Of a stretch of DNA of 53,977 nucleotides, positions 28,601 to 37,589 are shown one piece after another (positions within the stretch are counted from its first letter, which is position 1; the number at the start of each line of letters is the position of its first letter). Location: contig DNXB01000044.1 in NCBI GenBank assembly GCA_003506995.1, positions 1 to 53,977 on the forward strand, written 5' to 3'. The notes under the pieces are model-generated. The model made no database searches, had not been told where the DNA came from, and saw only the letters and a program-made list of their open reading frames with translations. This DNA is from Verrucomicrobiales bacterium (GTDB lineage Bacteria > Verrucomicrobiota > Verrucomicrobiia > Verrucomicrobiales > Verrucomicrobiaceae). The translations under genes and the position numbers were made by a program.

Positions 28601-31600
28601 TCGGCTCCTTCGGTCAGCATTCCGTTCACTCCCGCACGCGGCGGCGTTTATTTCGTCACGGCGGAAGCGGTGGATGCCAAAGGCACCAAAGTCATCTCGC
28701 GCATGCCGTTCTACGCGGTCGGCGGCAATGAATTCCCCTGGGCGATGGAAGATGGCAACCGCATGAACCTCCAGCCGGAGAAGACGAAACTCAAACCCGG
28801 CGAGGACGCCGTGATCGTGGTCAAAACGCCCATCGCCGGCACCGCGCTCGTCACCGTGGAGCGCAACAAGCTGCATCGTCAGTTTGTGACCGAACTCACG
28901 CTCGACAATCCGATCATCCGCATCCCCCTCGGCGAAAATGAGTTCCCGAATGTCTTCGTGTCCGTCATCGTCATTCGTGGCTCCGCCGCCAGCACGAAGC
29001 AGCACAAGATGCCCGAGTATCGCGTCGGCTATTGCGCCTTGAAGGTCGAATCCGATGCGAAGGAGCTGAAACTCGCCGTGAAGCCGGACCGCGAAGAAGT
29101 TCGTCCCGCTGAGGCCGTGAGCATCACCACCACGATCACCGATGCCAAAGGCGCGCCCGTCTCCGGCAGCGATGTCACGCTCTATGCCGTCGATGAAGGC
29201 GTGCTGAGCCTCATGAGCCACGAAACGCCTGATCCTTCGGCCTATTTCCATGCTGAACTGCCGCTCGCCATCGACAGCTTCACCTCCTTTGACAATCTGC
29301 TCTCCGAAGAACTCGCCGCGCGCCACCGTGGCAACAAAGGCTTCGTCGTCGGTGACAAAGGCGGCGACGGCAACGGCGCAAACGCCACCATTCGCAAAAA
29401 CTTCATCGTCACGCCTCTCTGGCTCGCCTCCGGCATCACCGATGCGCAGGGCAAGCTCACCGCCAGCGTCACCGCGCCGGACAATCTCACGCGCTACCGC
29501 ATCATGGCCGTCGCCGCGCACGGCGTGGATCGTTTTGGCAAGGGTGAGTCTGCCTTCAAGATCAACAAGCCGCTCATGATCGAGCCTGCCGTGCCGCGCT
29601 TCGCCCGCCTTGGCGATGAATTCCTCGTCAAAGCTGTCGTTCACAACACCACACCAAACGCGGGTGCAGTCGAGATCACGCTCGAACTCGATGGCAGCGC
29701 GAACTTCATCCAGGAGAAGCGCGATTTCATTCCCGCCTCGCTCAAAGCCGACACCGGTGGCAGCGCGAAGCAGCAGAAGGTCATCCTCCAGATCAAAGCC
29801 GGTGAAACCGCCGCCACCGCCTTCCCCGTGCAGTTTGTTCAGCTCGGCACCGCGAAGTGGAAATGGATCGCACGCGGCGTGAACTGGGCCGCAGAGGCCA
29901 GTGACGGCACTGAATCGACCTTCGAGGTGAATCATCCCGTGCCCGAACTGCGCTACGTCAGCTACACACGACTGAAGGCCGACGAACCCGTCGATAACCT
30001 CATCAAGAATGTGAATCCCGCATTGCTTGAAGGCGAAGGCTCGCTCTCGCTCGGCATCAGCAACAGCCGCCTCTACGAGGCCCGCGACGCGCTCGACTAC
30101 CTCTTGAAGTATCCTTACGGCTGCGTCGAGCAGACCACTTCGGCAACCATGCCTTGGCTCGCGCTTGGCAAATACGAGCCGCTGTTCCCCGATCAACTCG
30201 GCGGTGGCAAAGCGAAGCTCGTCATTCAATCCGGCGTGAACAAGCTCCTGCAAATGACCACTGACGAAGGCGGCCTCGCCTACTGGCCCGGCGGCACCGA
30301 ACCGACCTTCTGGGGCAGCGCCTACGGCGGTCTGCTGCTGCTGCGTGCGCGAGATCAAGGCGCGGACGTGCCTGCCGATGCCATCAACAAGCTCGTCGAA
30401 TACCTTTCCAAAAAGCTCCGTGGCCTCGAGGAGGAAAAAGACCTCTACAACATCACCGACTCCGCCCTGGCGCTCTACACGCTCGCCAAAGCCGGCAAAC
30501 CCGAGCCTGCGTATCAGAACCTGCTCTTTGGCAAGCGCGACAAGCTGCCTGAGATCGCCCGCCTTTACCTCGCGCTCTCGATGTGCATCAGCAACACGCC
30601 TGCCCAGCAGATCAAGGACACCCTCGGCTGGAAACCACCCGCGCCTCCAACGCCGCCGAAAACCGACAGCAAGGCCAAGGTCGCCGCTTCCAAACCCAAA
30701 TCGAAGTCCAAGACCGACACGAAGGCCAAAACGACCACTCCAGCACCTGCACCGGTGATTTGGAGCCACTGGGCCGGCAACGGCGCGAACAAAGCGCTGC
30801 GCTTGATCTGCTACACGCATCTCGGCCTCACCACCGACGCTGAAGCACTCGCCTTGTCGATCCTGCAATCCCGCAACGGTCGTGGCGAGTGGGGCAACAC
30901 CTTCACCAATGCTTGGACGCTCACCGCCTTGACAGCCTACGAGCGCAGTTTGAAGAAAGTCGGCGAGCCGTTGGCTGCCACCGGTCGCTGGGACACGCAA
31001 TCAGTGCCGCTGAACCTCACCGCCGGCTTCTCCAGCGCCCGTGTGAACTTCGCGCTCAATGAAGCGCTCAGCGCGAAGCCGCTCAGCGCAGAGCTTCCCG
31101 CCGGTCGCGAGATCTTCAGCCGCATCGAGGCCCGCAGCTTCCCGCCGCAGCGTGATTTCGCCGGAGAGAACAAAGGCTACGCCATCGAGCGCAGCTACGA
31201 GGAGCTGAACATGGACGGCTCCACCACCGGCACCGATGACCTCCGCGTCGGCGACATGGTCGTCGTCACCCTGAAGATCGAAATCGGCGGTGGTGATCGC
31301 TACCTCGCCATCGACGACTCCCTGCCCGCCGTCTTCGAGGCCATCAATCCTGAGTTCGGCACCCAAAGCGAACGTGAAGGCGACCAGCTCCCCGACGGCA
31401 CCCAGCCCTGGTTCTGCGACCACCGCGAGATCCGCACCGACCGCGCCCTGTTCTTCACCGACTACGCGCCCGCCAAAGGCAAGTTCAGCCTCCAATACCT
31501 CGCGAGAGTCATCGCCGAAGGCGACACCACCGCCCCGCCCGCAAGAATCGAAGCCATGTATCAACCCGACAAATACGGTCTCAGCCCGACGCAGCGCATC

Positions 31601-31642
31601 CGCACCTTGCCTTCTGCTGGCACCAAGGTGGCAGGGAAATAG
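25700..31642 (+). CDS. Bacterial alpha-2-macroglobulin
   Basis: Signal peptide; FSDRPLYKPG (MG2), LYAVDEGVL, PDNLTRYRIMAVA, thioester YPYGCVEQ, C-terminal receptor-binding-like PPARIEAMY. Confidence 0.95.
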   Translation: MKTTFSFALLPAMTLAFVSAAAISTAAPTKGRTDTQTPPPQALEATISINPAELAPESTIEVVFPTPMIAKERIGKTEQTSPLIVTPELTGTFEWTSTRSGHFHLTQAPKFASSYDFKLRSGLTDLAGKPLSTETLDSVQSAQFRIIDQHPRWFDDDAQNRSPRFLFEFNDGVTPAEAAKHISFVSESSPKPIAAKVRHATGKDFTRWSAEAQPTWAEEISKAKPAVTDDAPRLSAIVVEPVSPLSIGKWKLAIAETLGNASGQNQLATGDEITLGEIKPFAVTHVSAHTPFDSDYYLEIDFNKRLLPPSDEEMKPEEQAAFAKKLAVLIHIDPIPAGETKAEVYHRTLRISGKFPLNQPQTVTVDPTMTSGDGMALGAPVKNSVTFIPNPPYVAAPAFINAQLAKGAANYEFSAANVSQVRVRAKRLNGPDLLKALDLYSAYQTAYYGNEKQKAAYKTQSIDAYPGTQVFDRSFPITKPLDQSEIVKLNWREVLGDQTAAPLFIEIEGTAAAGLTQKGVITQSLVQFTDIGIMQKSNGKETMVFVTSLETGKPVPGVRLTLVDADLKLVGYGDTDASGIATAPGATPAFVLAEKNGDCAVIECGNSGIGVPYDILQAYESVWQAQRRTFVFSDRPLYKPGDTAHFKAHTRLLIGDDLSLDQAPAEGRLVIRDPRYRVVLDKPVTFTASGAWADDVVLPTGPAGWYDLSINLKSPNPNSQGDDGGSLTFRIDDYKPNSFEVKLDTKEIKFEPDRIQLPLSANYYMGKALSVAKVQWSASSQRDYQPPETYRQYHFGEAPAWSHYAQDRDADGDYAGHHNNDEEDEWFVNGDLYLADDGTATLEMPQPPADRAALPQRVRVNAEVTDINEQTISSAAEFEVPGANFLLGLKGPDYFGTAGKALQLEVVAIDSKGAPASGNVHVDVKVERQEYHTLKIATAGGGSTTKDQVILREELKQSLDLKPATAGSAPSVSIPFTPARGGVYFVTAEAVDAKGTKVISRMPFYAVGGNEFPWAMEDGNRMNLQPEKTKLKPGEDAVIVVKTPIAGTALVTVERNKLHRQFVTELTLDNPIIRIPLGENEFPNVFVSVIVIRGSAASTKQHKMPEYRVGYCALKVESDAKELKLAVKPDREEVRPAEAVSITTTITDAKGAPVSGSDVTLYAVDEGVLSLMSHETPDPSAYFHAELPLAIDSFTSFDNLLSEELAARHRGNKGFVVGDKGGDGNGANATIRKNFIVTPLWLASGITDAQGKLTASVTAPDNLTRYRIMAVAAHGVDRFGKGESAFKINKPLMIEPAVPRFARLGDEFLVKAVVHNTTPNAGAVEITLELDGSANFIQEKRDFIPASLKADTGGSAKQQKVILQIKAGETAATAFPVQFVQLGTAKWKWIARGVNWAAEASDGTESTFEVNHPVPELRYVSYTRLKADEPVDNLIKNVNPALLEGEGSLSLGISNSRLYEARDALDYLLKYPYGCVEQTTSATMPWLALGKYEPLFPDQLGGGKAKLVIQSGVNKLLQMTTDEGGLAYWPGGTEPTFWGSAYGGLLLLRARDQGADVPADAINKLVEYLSKKLRGLEEEKDLYNITDSALALYTLAKAGKPEPAYQNLLFGKRDKLPEIARLYLALSMCISNTPAQQIKDTLGWKPPAPPTPPKTDSKAKVAASKPKSKSKTDTKAKTTTPAPAPVIWSHWAGNGANKALRLICYTHLGLTTDAEALALSILQSRNGRGEWGNTFTNAWTLTALTAYERSLKKVGEPLAATGRWDTQSVPLNLTAGFSSARVNFALNEALSAKPLSAELPAGREIFSRIEARSFPPQRDFAGENKGYAIERSYEELNMDGSTTGTDDLRVGDMVVVTLKIEIGGGDRYLAIDDSLPAVFEAINPEFGTQSEREGDQLPDGTQPWFCDHREIRTDRALFFTDYAPAKGKFSLQYLARVIAEGDTTAPPARIEAMYQPDKYGLSPTQRIRTLPSAGTKVAGK

Positions 31643-31798
31643 GGTTTGGTAACTATCGTGGGACATCTCCCGCCGACTTTCATGCCTCTCTTCCAACACA
31701 CGGTGCGCTGTAAACTCCCACCTGGCAACCGACCACAGGGAGATAGAGAGCCGCAGGCTGCCCCGCAGGGGTGAGCGGCGAGTCAATTGTCGGTTTTG

Positions 31799-32737
31799 CT
31801 AATACCCTTCCGTCGCGTCGCTGAAATTCCACGGGGCTTGGTAAGCCCCGGTGCGTTCTTTTTCGAGCTGGCGGACGAGGTCGTTGAGCAAGGCGGAGGC
31901 GCCGAAACGGTAGCGGCGGTTGTTCAGCCATTCGTCGCCGAGGGTTTCTTTGACGGCGATGAGGAAATGCAGCGCCTGCTTGGCGGTGCGGATGCCTCCG
32001 GCGGGTTTCATGGCGATGGGGACGCCGGTGGCGAGGAAGTGATCACGAATGGCCTCCAGCATGACCTGATTGTTGCCGAGCGTGGCGTTGGACGAGGTTT
32101 TACCGGTGCTGGTCTTGATGAAGTCGTTCGGACGAATCACCCGCATCGCCAGAAAGCTGGCGGCGCGGATGTTGTCGTAGGTTTCAAGTTCACTGACCTC
32201 CAAGATGACCTTCAGCGTCGTTTTGCCGCATGCCTCGACCACGGCGGCGATTTCATCCTGCATGCGGCCAAATTCTCCGTTGAGAAAAGCGCCACGATTG
32301 ATGACCATGTCGATTTCATCGGCCCCGTCGTTCACGGCGGCATGTACTTCCGCGAGGCGTGTCTTGAGCGGTGCCTGGCCGGAAGGGAAGGCGGTCGCAA
32401 CGGAGGCGATCTTCACTTTCGTGCCACCGACGTGCTTCTTCGCATGCTTCACCATCGCGGGATAGACGCAGACGGCGGCGGTGGAGGGAATGTCCCCGAC
32501 ATCATGCGGTGTGAGCGCTTTTTGGCACAGCGAAGCCACCTTGCCGGGTGTGTCCTTGCCTTCGAGCGTCGTCAAATCGACCATCGTGACAGCGAGACGC
32601 AAACCGAAGACCTTCGACTGCTTTTTGATGCTGCGGGTGGTGTATTTGGCGACGCGTTCCTCAACACCGACGTGATCGACCGTGCCGATCTCATCGAACA
32701 AGCGGCGGAGGCTGGCGGGCGCTTTGGCGGCGGGCAT
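31799..32737 (-). CDS. deoC: Deoxyribose-phosphate aldolase
   Basis: VDLTTLEGKDT, AVCVYP, SVATAFPSG, GADEIDMVI, LKVILE, DFIKTSTGK, KPAGGIR, RFGAS. Confidence 0.95.
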   Translation of the reverse strand: MPAAKAPASLRRLFDEIGTVDHVGVEERVAKYTTRSIKKQSKVFGLRLAVTMVDLTTLEGKDTPGKVASLCQKALTPHDVGDIPSTAAVCVYPAMVKHAKKHVGGTKVKIASVATAFPSGQAPLKTRLAEVHAAVNDGADEIDMVINRGAFLNGEFGRMQDEIAAVVEACGKTTLKVILEVSELETYDNIRAASFLAMRVIRPNDFIKTSTGKTSSNATLGNNQVMLEAIRDHFLATGVPIAMKPAGGIRTAKQALHFLIAVKETLGDEWLNNRRYRFGASALLNDLVRQLEKERTGAYQAPWNFSDATEGY

Positions 32738-32823
32738 GGCGATCTTTTACATGCGGAGCCGCCTGGCTGACAATCGCTAGTTTTGCGACTTGAAGCGCTG
32801 GCGGACTGGCGTTGCATGAGCGG

Positions 32824-33813
32824 ATGACAAAACTGCTGCACATGGCCATCGCGGGCACCGGCATTGCCGTGCCGGAGGCGGTGCTGACAGCGGCGGAGCT
32901 GGACCAGCGGCTCGGCCTGCCCGCGGGCGAGTCGCTGCGAGTCACGGGCGTGATGAAGCGGCACACCGCCGTGCTGGAAACGGCCGCGCAGCTCGCGGCG
33001 GCGGCGGCGCGGCAGGCATTGATGAACGCGGGCATGCGCTGGGAGGAGATCGACTGCCTGGTCTGCGCCTCGGCCACGATGGACCAGGCGCTGCCTTACA
33101 ACGCGGCCATGGTGCTCGCGGAACTGGCGCTGGGCACTCATCGTCTTGCCACGCTGGATGTGGGCGCGAGCTGCCTGTCGTTTTTGCAGGCGCTGGACCT
33201 CATGAGCTGCGCCATCGCCAGCGGGCGCTATCAAAACGTGGTCATCGTCTCGGCGGACATCTCCACCTTCACCACGGATTGCCGGAATTTGCGTGAGAAC
33301 GGCATCTTTGGCGACGGCGCGGCGGCGGCGGTGCTGCGGCGGAGTGAGGGTGCCTCCCGCATCCATGCCGCGCGCAGCATCACGCTGCCGGAGGGCGTGG
33401 CGTTTTGCCAGATCCGCTCCGGCGGCTCGCGGTTTCACCGGCGCGGCTTCCCGGAGCACTCGGAGGCGCTGTTTGAGATGCGCGGCAGACCACTGTTTGC
33501 GCTGGTGGCGCGGGAGCTGCCGGGCTTCGTCGATGCTCTGCTCGCCGAAGCCGGGGTGAAACGCGAGGAGCTGGCGCTGCTGATCCCGCATCAGGCCAGC
33601 AGACAGGCGCTCGATCATGTCGCGAAGATGCTGGGCTTTGACGACGGGCGCATGGTGGATGTGTTTGGCGAGTTTGGGAACCAGGTGGGCGCGTCATTGC
33701 CCACGGCGCTGCATTTCGCGATTCACCGGCACGGCTTGCAGCGCGGGCAAAAGGCGCTGCTGCTGGGCTCCGGCGCGGGCGTGTCCATCGGCGGCATTGT
33801 TTTCACCTACTGA
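32824..33813 (+). CDS. 3-oxoacyl-ACP synthase III-like condensing enzyme
   Basis: DVGASCLSF (Cys), FGDGAAA, IPHQAS (His), FGNQVGAS (Asn), GSGAG. Confidence 0.9.
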   Translation: MTKLLHMAIAGTGIAVPEAVLTAAELDQRLGLPAGESLRVTGVMKRHTAVLETAAQLAAAAARQALMNAGMRWEEIDCLVCASATMDQALPYNAAMVLAELALGTHRLATLDVGASCLSFLQALDLMSCAIASGRYQNVVIVSADISTFTTDCRNLRENGIFGDGAAAAVLRRSEGASRIHAARSITLPEGVAFCQIRSGGSRFHRRGFPEHSEALFEMRGRPLFALVARELPGFVDALLAEAGVKREELALLIPHQASRQALDHVAKMLGFDDGRMVDVFGEFGNQVGASLPTALHFAIHRHGLQRGQKALLLGSGAGVSIGGIVFTY

Positions 33814-33814
33814 C

Positions 33815-34684
33815 ATGCACCCGCCCTTTGCCATCCGCGTGAAATTTGATCTGCTGAAGGTGGGCCACTGCCAGCACCCGGAGTGCGCGGCGCTGCGCGG
33901 TGGTGGCAGGCGCGCCATCGACTTTCCGGCGCTGGTGGGCCTGATCGAGCATCCGCAGCGCGGGCTGATGCTGTATGACACGGGCTACTCGCGGCACTTC
34001 AACGAAGCCACGCGGCGCTTCCCGGAGTGCCTCTACCGCATGATCACGCCGGTGACGCTACCGCCTGAGGAAGAACTGCTCGCGCAGCTCGAATCACGCG
34101 GCATCCGCGCCTCGGATATCGAGACGATTTTCATCTCGCACTTTCACGCGGATCATGTGGCGGGGCTGCGTGACTTCCGACGGGCGAAATTCATCGCCAC
34201 GCGTGCGGAGCGGGCGCTGTGTGAGAAAAAAGGCCGCTTGGGCCGTCTGCGCCGGGCTTACCTGCGTGAATTGATGCCGGAGGATTTGGAGCAACGCCTT
34301 CAATATGCCGAAACGCTGCCGCAGGTGCCTCTGCCAGACGCGTGGAGGCCGTTTGAGGCTGCGCATGACCTGCTGGGAGACGGCAGCATGCTCGGAGTCG
34401 ATCTGCCAGGGCATGCGGCGTCGCAGCTTGGTGTGGCGTTTCACGCGGATGAGCCGGTTTTCCTGATTGGCGACGCCTGCTGGAAAATCGAGGGCCTGAT
34501 CCGTGACAAAACTCCCTCACGGCTGGCCTACGCGCTGTTTGACAATGGCGCGGCCTATGATGCCACGTTTGCGAAACTGCGGGCGCTGCATCTTTCGGCG
34601 GCGGCTCCGCTCATCATCCCCTCGCACTGCCTCACGACGTGGCGTGAGCGCGGCGGCAGCCGGAGGATTCAGCGTGATCGTTGA
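33815..34684 (+). CDS. MBL-fold metallo-hydrolase
   Basis: LYDTGY, SHFHADHVAG, LPGH, LIGDA, PSH; starts 1 nt after the KS-III stop. Confidence 0.9.
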   Translation: MHPPFAIRVKFDLLKVGHCQHPECAALRGGGRRAIDFPALVGLIEHPQRGLMLYDTGYSRHFNEATRRFPECLYRMITPVTLPPEEELLAQLESRGIRASDIETIFISHFHADHVAGLRDFRRAKFIATRAERALCEKKGRLGRLRRAYLRELMPEDLEQRLQYAETLPQVPLPDAWRPFEAAHDLLGDGSMLGVDLPGHAASQLGVAFHADEPVFLIGDACWKIEGLIRDKTPSRLAYALFDNGAAYDATFAKLRALHLSAAAPLIIPSHCLTTWRERGGSRRIQRDR

Positions 34685-35933
34685 GCGGCTGCTCATCCTC
34701 TGGCACTTCATCGCCACGCGCTGGCTGCCCGCGCCGCGTGATCGCGAGAAGCGGCTGCGGCGCTTTCTGGCCGAGGCTCCGCATTTTGCTGATGTGATGA
34801 CGAAACCTCTTTTTCTGGAGCATTTCGCGGCGCTGAACCGCCACGGCATCACGCTGGAGCAGGCCACGGCGGTGGCGCTGCGGGCGGAGCGGGAGCGGGA
34901 CTTCAAGCCGGAGCTGCCAGGCGGCATCACGGCGGGTTTGTCCTCCGGCACATCGGGCGCGCGTCAGGTTTTCCTCGTGGGACGGGAGGATCGCTGCCGC
35001 TGGGCCGGGCAGATGATGGCGCGGATGCTGAGCACGGCCTCGCTCTGCCGGATTTGGAATTTTTTCACGCCGCCGCTGCGGATCGCGTTCTTCCTGCGGG
35101 CCAGCAGCAATCTGTACACGACGCTGTCGAGCCTGCGACTGAAGTTTGAGTACTTTGACCTCACGCGGCCTTTTAAAGAACTGCTGACGCGGCTCGATGA
35201 CTACCGCCCGCATGTGCTGGTGGCTCCGGCGACGGTTTTGGCCGAACTGGCCCGCAGCGCTCGCGCACGGCCCAAACAAGTCATCTCGGTGGCGGAAGTG
35301 CTCGACGCCAAAGACCGCGCCGCCATTGAACAAGCCTTCGGGGTGCGGGTGGCGGAGATTTATCAGGCGGCGGAGGGCTTTCTCGGCTGCACCTGCACGC
35401 ACGGGCGCATGCATCTGAACGAGGAATCTCTCCATATCGAGCCGCAGTGGCTGGATGAGCGACACGAGCGCTTCCATCCGCTCATCACAGATTTTTCGCG
35501 GCAGACGCAGTGGTTTGTGCGGCACCGTCTGGATGACATTCTGCGCCTTGATCCCACGCCCTGCCCCTGCGGACGCAAAACGATGACACTGCGCGGCATC
35601 GAAGGCCGCGCGGAGGAGGTGCTGTGGCTGCGGGACGCGAGCGGGGCGCTGTCACCCGTGTTTCCAGATGTCCTGCGGCAGGCGCTCTACACGCAGCCGG
35701 TGGGGCTTTACCGCATCGAGCAGCACGGCCTGCGCTGGGAGGTGCGACTTCTTAATGGCGATGAAAAGGCGGTGCAGTCCGCGCTGGAAGCCCTCTTGGA
35801 TGGCTTGCGGCTGGAACAGCCCGAGTTGCAGTTTTTGCCATGGACGGACCAGCCGTCTTCAGAGAAACAAAAGCGCATCCGCTGCAGCCTCAAACCCTCA
35901 ACGCCGCCAGAAACTCCAGCAGCCTGCAAGTGA
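34674..35933 (+). CDS. F390-synthetase-related putative adenylate-forming enzyme
   Basis: GLSSGTSG, FFLRASSNLY, ISVAEVL, IYQAAEGFLG, RHRLDDIL, IEGR; GGAGG before the GTG at 34674. Confidence 0.85.
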   Translation: MIVERLLILWHFIATRWLPAPRDREKRLRRFLAEAPHFADVMTKPLFLEHFAALNRHGITLEQATAVALRAERERDFKPELPGGITAGLSSGTSGARQVFLVGREDRCRWAGQMMARMLSTASLCRIWNFFTPPLRIAFFLRASSNLYTTLSSLRLKFEYFDLTRPFKELLTRLDDYRPHVLVAPATVLAELARSARARPKQVISVAEVLDAKDRAAIEQAFGVRVAEIYQAAEGFLGCTCTHGRMHLNEESLHIEPQWLDERHERFHPLITDFSRQTQWFVRHRLDDILRLDPTPCPCGRKTMTLRGIEGRAEEVLWLRDASGALSPVFPDVLRQALYTQPVGLYRIEQHGLRWEVRLLNGDEKAVQSALEALLDGLRLEQPELQFLPWTDQPSSEKQKRIRCSLKPSTPPETPAACK

Positions 35934-36306
35934 TGAACTCAGGATAATATACGCCCACCTCCTCCAGATGCTCATCATACGTCACGAGATGCGAAGCCAT
36001 CCCATTGAGCGCCGCGAGCAGAAAGATCGTGTCATCCGAGTCCGCCGGGTAATGCCGCACATGGAAGAAGCCGATAGGGACGGATTCACCAATGCGGACG
36101 AGGTTCCTGAGAAACCCCCGGATTTTTGAGGAAGGGATGCCGTGTTGGATCAGCTTTTCGGCATACTCCGTGAGGATGTCGGGCGTGTGCAGCCAGATGA
36201 ATTCTCCTTTCAGCCAGCGCTCGACCACTTCCCGATTCGGACTGGTGGCATGAGTTGTCTTTTGGGAAGACAACGCCACGTTTGTGTCGATAACGGCCTG
36301 TCTCAT
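35890..36306 (-). CDS. PIN-domain toxin (putative TA toxin component)
   Basis: AVIDTNVALS, ILTEY, DSDDTIFL..A......LVTYDEHL. Confidence 0.85.
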   Translation of the reverse strand: MRQAVIDTNVALSSQKTTHATSPNREVVERWLKGEFIWLHTPDILTEYAEKLIQHGIPSSKIRGFLRNLVRIGESVPIGFFHVRHYPADSDDTIFLLAALNGMASHLVTYDEHLEEVGVYYPEFITCRLLEFLAALRV

Positions 36307-36584
36307 GGCTTCTCCTCAATCTTGCTCATGATCTCCTCATAGACGCGGGCAAAGTCCTTGCGGGCCTGCTCAACCGTCACACCGGACTTTTTCATTTCCT
36401 CGGCTTCTGCCATTGCCTGCTCCACGAGCTTCCGCGCCTCCATGCTCTTCCGCGCCTTCCGCCGGTTATGTTGGGAAACCTCCGCGCGGATGAAGCTCAC
36501 CAGACGCACGGGCAGGCCCGGCACCTGCGCGGCTTCGGCGGCGAGGTCGTCGGGAATCTCGGCTAGTTGGAGAATGTTTGTCAT
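36303..36584 (-). CDS. Putative antitoxin of the PIN toxin
   Basis: 93-aa helical ORF overlapping the PIN start (ATGA); typical TA gene order. Confidence 0.65.
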   Translation of the reverse strand: MTNILQLAEIPDDLAAEAAQVPGLPVRLVSFIRAEVSQHNRRKARKSMEARKLVEQAMAEAEEMKKSGVTVEQARKDFARVYEEIMSKIEEKP

Positions 36585-36623
36585 GCTATGAGAATAACGG
36601 CCCGCCTTTGAAAGGTCAAACGC

Positions 36624-37589
36624 ATGAATCGCACACGCATCCTCATCACCGGAGCCTCAGGCTTTGTCGGCAGCTCGTTCTGCCTTCAGCATGCGAGTCG
36701 TGAGGATGTGGAGATTCGCGGGCTGGGGCGGCGGGAGATGGATTTGCCGGGCTACATCCGCGCGGACCTCACGCAGCCGCTGCGGCTCGACTGGCGACCG
36801 GAGGTGGTGATCCATGCGGCGGCGCGTTCGTCGCCGTGGGGCGGCCTGAAGGAGTTTCGGAGGCAGAATGTGCTGGCGACGAAACATGTGCTGGAGTTTT
36901 GCGAGGCGCAGAAGGTGCGGAAGCTCGTGTATATCTCCTCCAGCTCGGTGTTTTACCGCGCGGGGGACCAACTCGGCATGACGGAGCAGACGCCGATCGG
37001 ACCCGAGTTTGTGAATCACTACGCGAGGACCAAATTCGAGGGCGAAGAGGTCGTGCGCGGCTTTCCCGGTGCTTGGTGCGTGCTGCGGCCGCGGGCGGTG
37101 TTTGGTCCGTGTGACACGGTGCTCTTTCCGCGCCTGCTGCGCGCGGCGCGGCAGGGGCGCATGGTGTCCATCACGCGGCCGGGGCCGCCGGCGGTGGGAG
37201 ATCTGATCTACATCGACACGTTGTGCGATTACATGCTTCGCGCGGCGCTCGATCCGACGGTGACAGGCGAGTTCAACCTCACCAATCACGAGCCGGTGGA
37301 GATCCAGGCATTCATCGCGGATATTTTTGCACGTCTCGGCCTGCCACCCGTGAAGCGGGCGATTCCGAAGGAGAAAGCAATGCGCGTGGCGTGGCTGCTG
37401 GAAAAGGTCTTCGGTTTGCTGATGCCGTGGCAGGAGCCGCCGATCACACGGTTCGGCGTGGAGGTGCTCAGCAGCAGCAAGACCTTTGACACCACCAAAA
37501 GTCTCCGCGGGCTCGGCCCGCCGAGTGTGGGCCTGGAGGAAGGCGTGCGGCGGTTTATCGAATGGCAGAAGCAACATCCCGACACATGA
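36624..37589 (+). CDS. NAD-dependent epimerase/dehydratase (extended SDR, 3-beta-HSD-like)
   Basis: ITGASGFVG, VIHAAA, YISSSSV, YARTK, LRPRAVFGP. Confidence 0.92.
   Translation: MNRTRILITGASGFVGSSFCLQHASREDVEIRGLGRREMDLPGYIRADLTQPLRLDWRPEVVIHAAARSSPWGGLKEFRRQNVLATKHVLEFCEAQKVRKLVYISSSSVFYRAGDQLGMTEQTPIGPEFVNHYARTKFEGEEVVRGFPGAWCVLRPRAVFGPCDTVLFPRLLRAARQGRMVSITRPGPPAVGDLIYIDTLCDYMLRAALDPTVTGEFNLTNHEPVEIQAFIADIFARLGLPPVKRAIPKEKAMRVAWLLEKVFGLLMPWQEPPITRFGVEVLSSSKTFDTTKSLRGLGPPSVGLEEGVRRFIEWQKQHPDT

Noticed and set aside
26264-31000. 1578-aa antisense ORF, and other long antisense ORFs such as 425-2026, 19833-21284, 31787-32770 and 50040-51374
   Set aside because: They are shadows of well-supported genes on the opposite strand in high-GC DNA and show no recognisable motifs.
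31643-31798. Possible mobile-element remnant or small RNA between alpha-2-macroglobulin and deoC
   Set aside because: Only a short imperfect hairpin (GCTGCCCC-GCA-GGGGTGAGC) is visible; no second copy in the window and no recognisable family.
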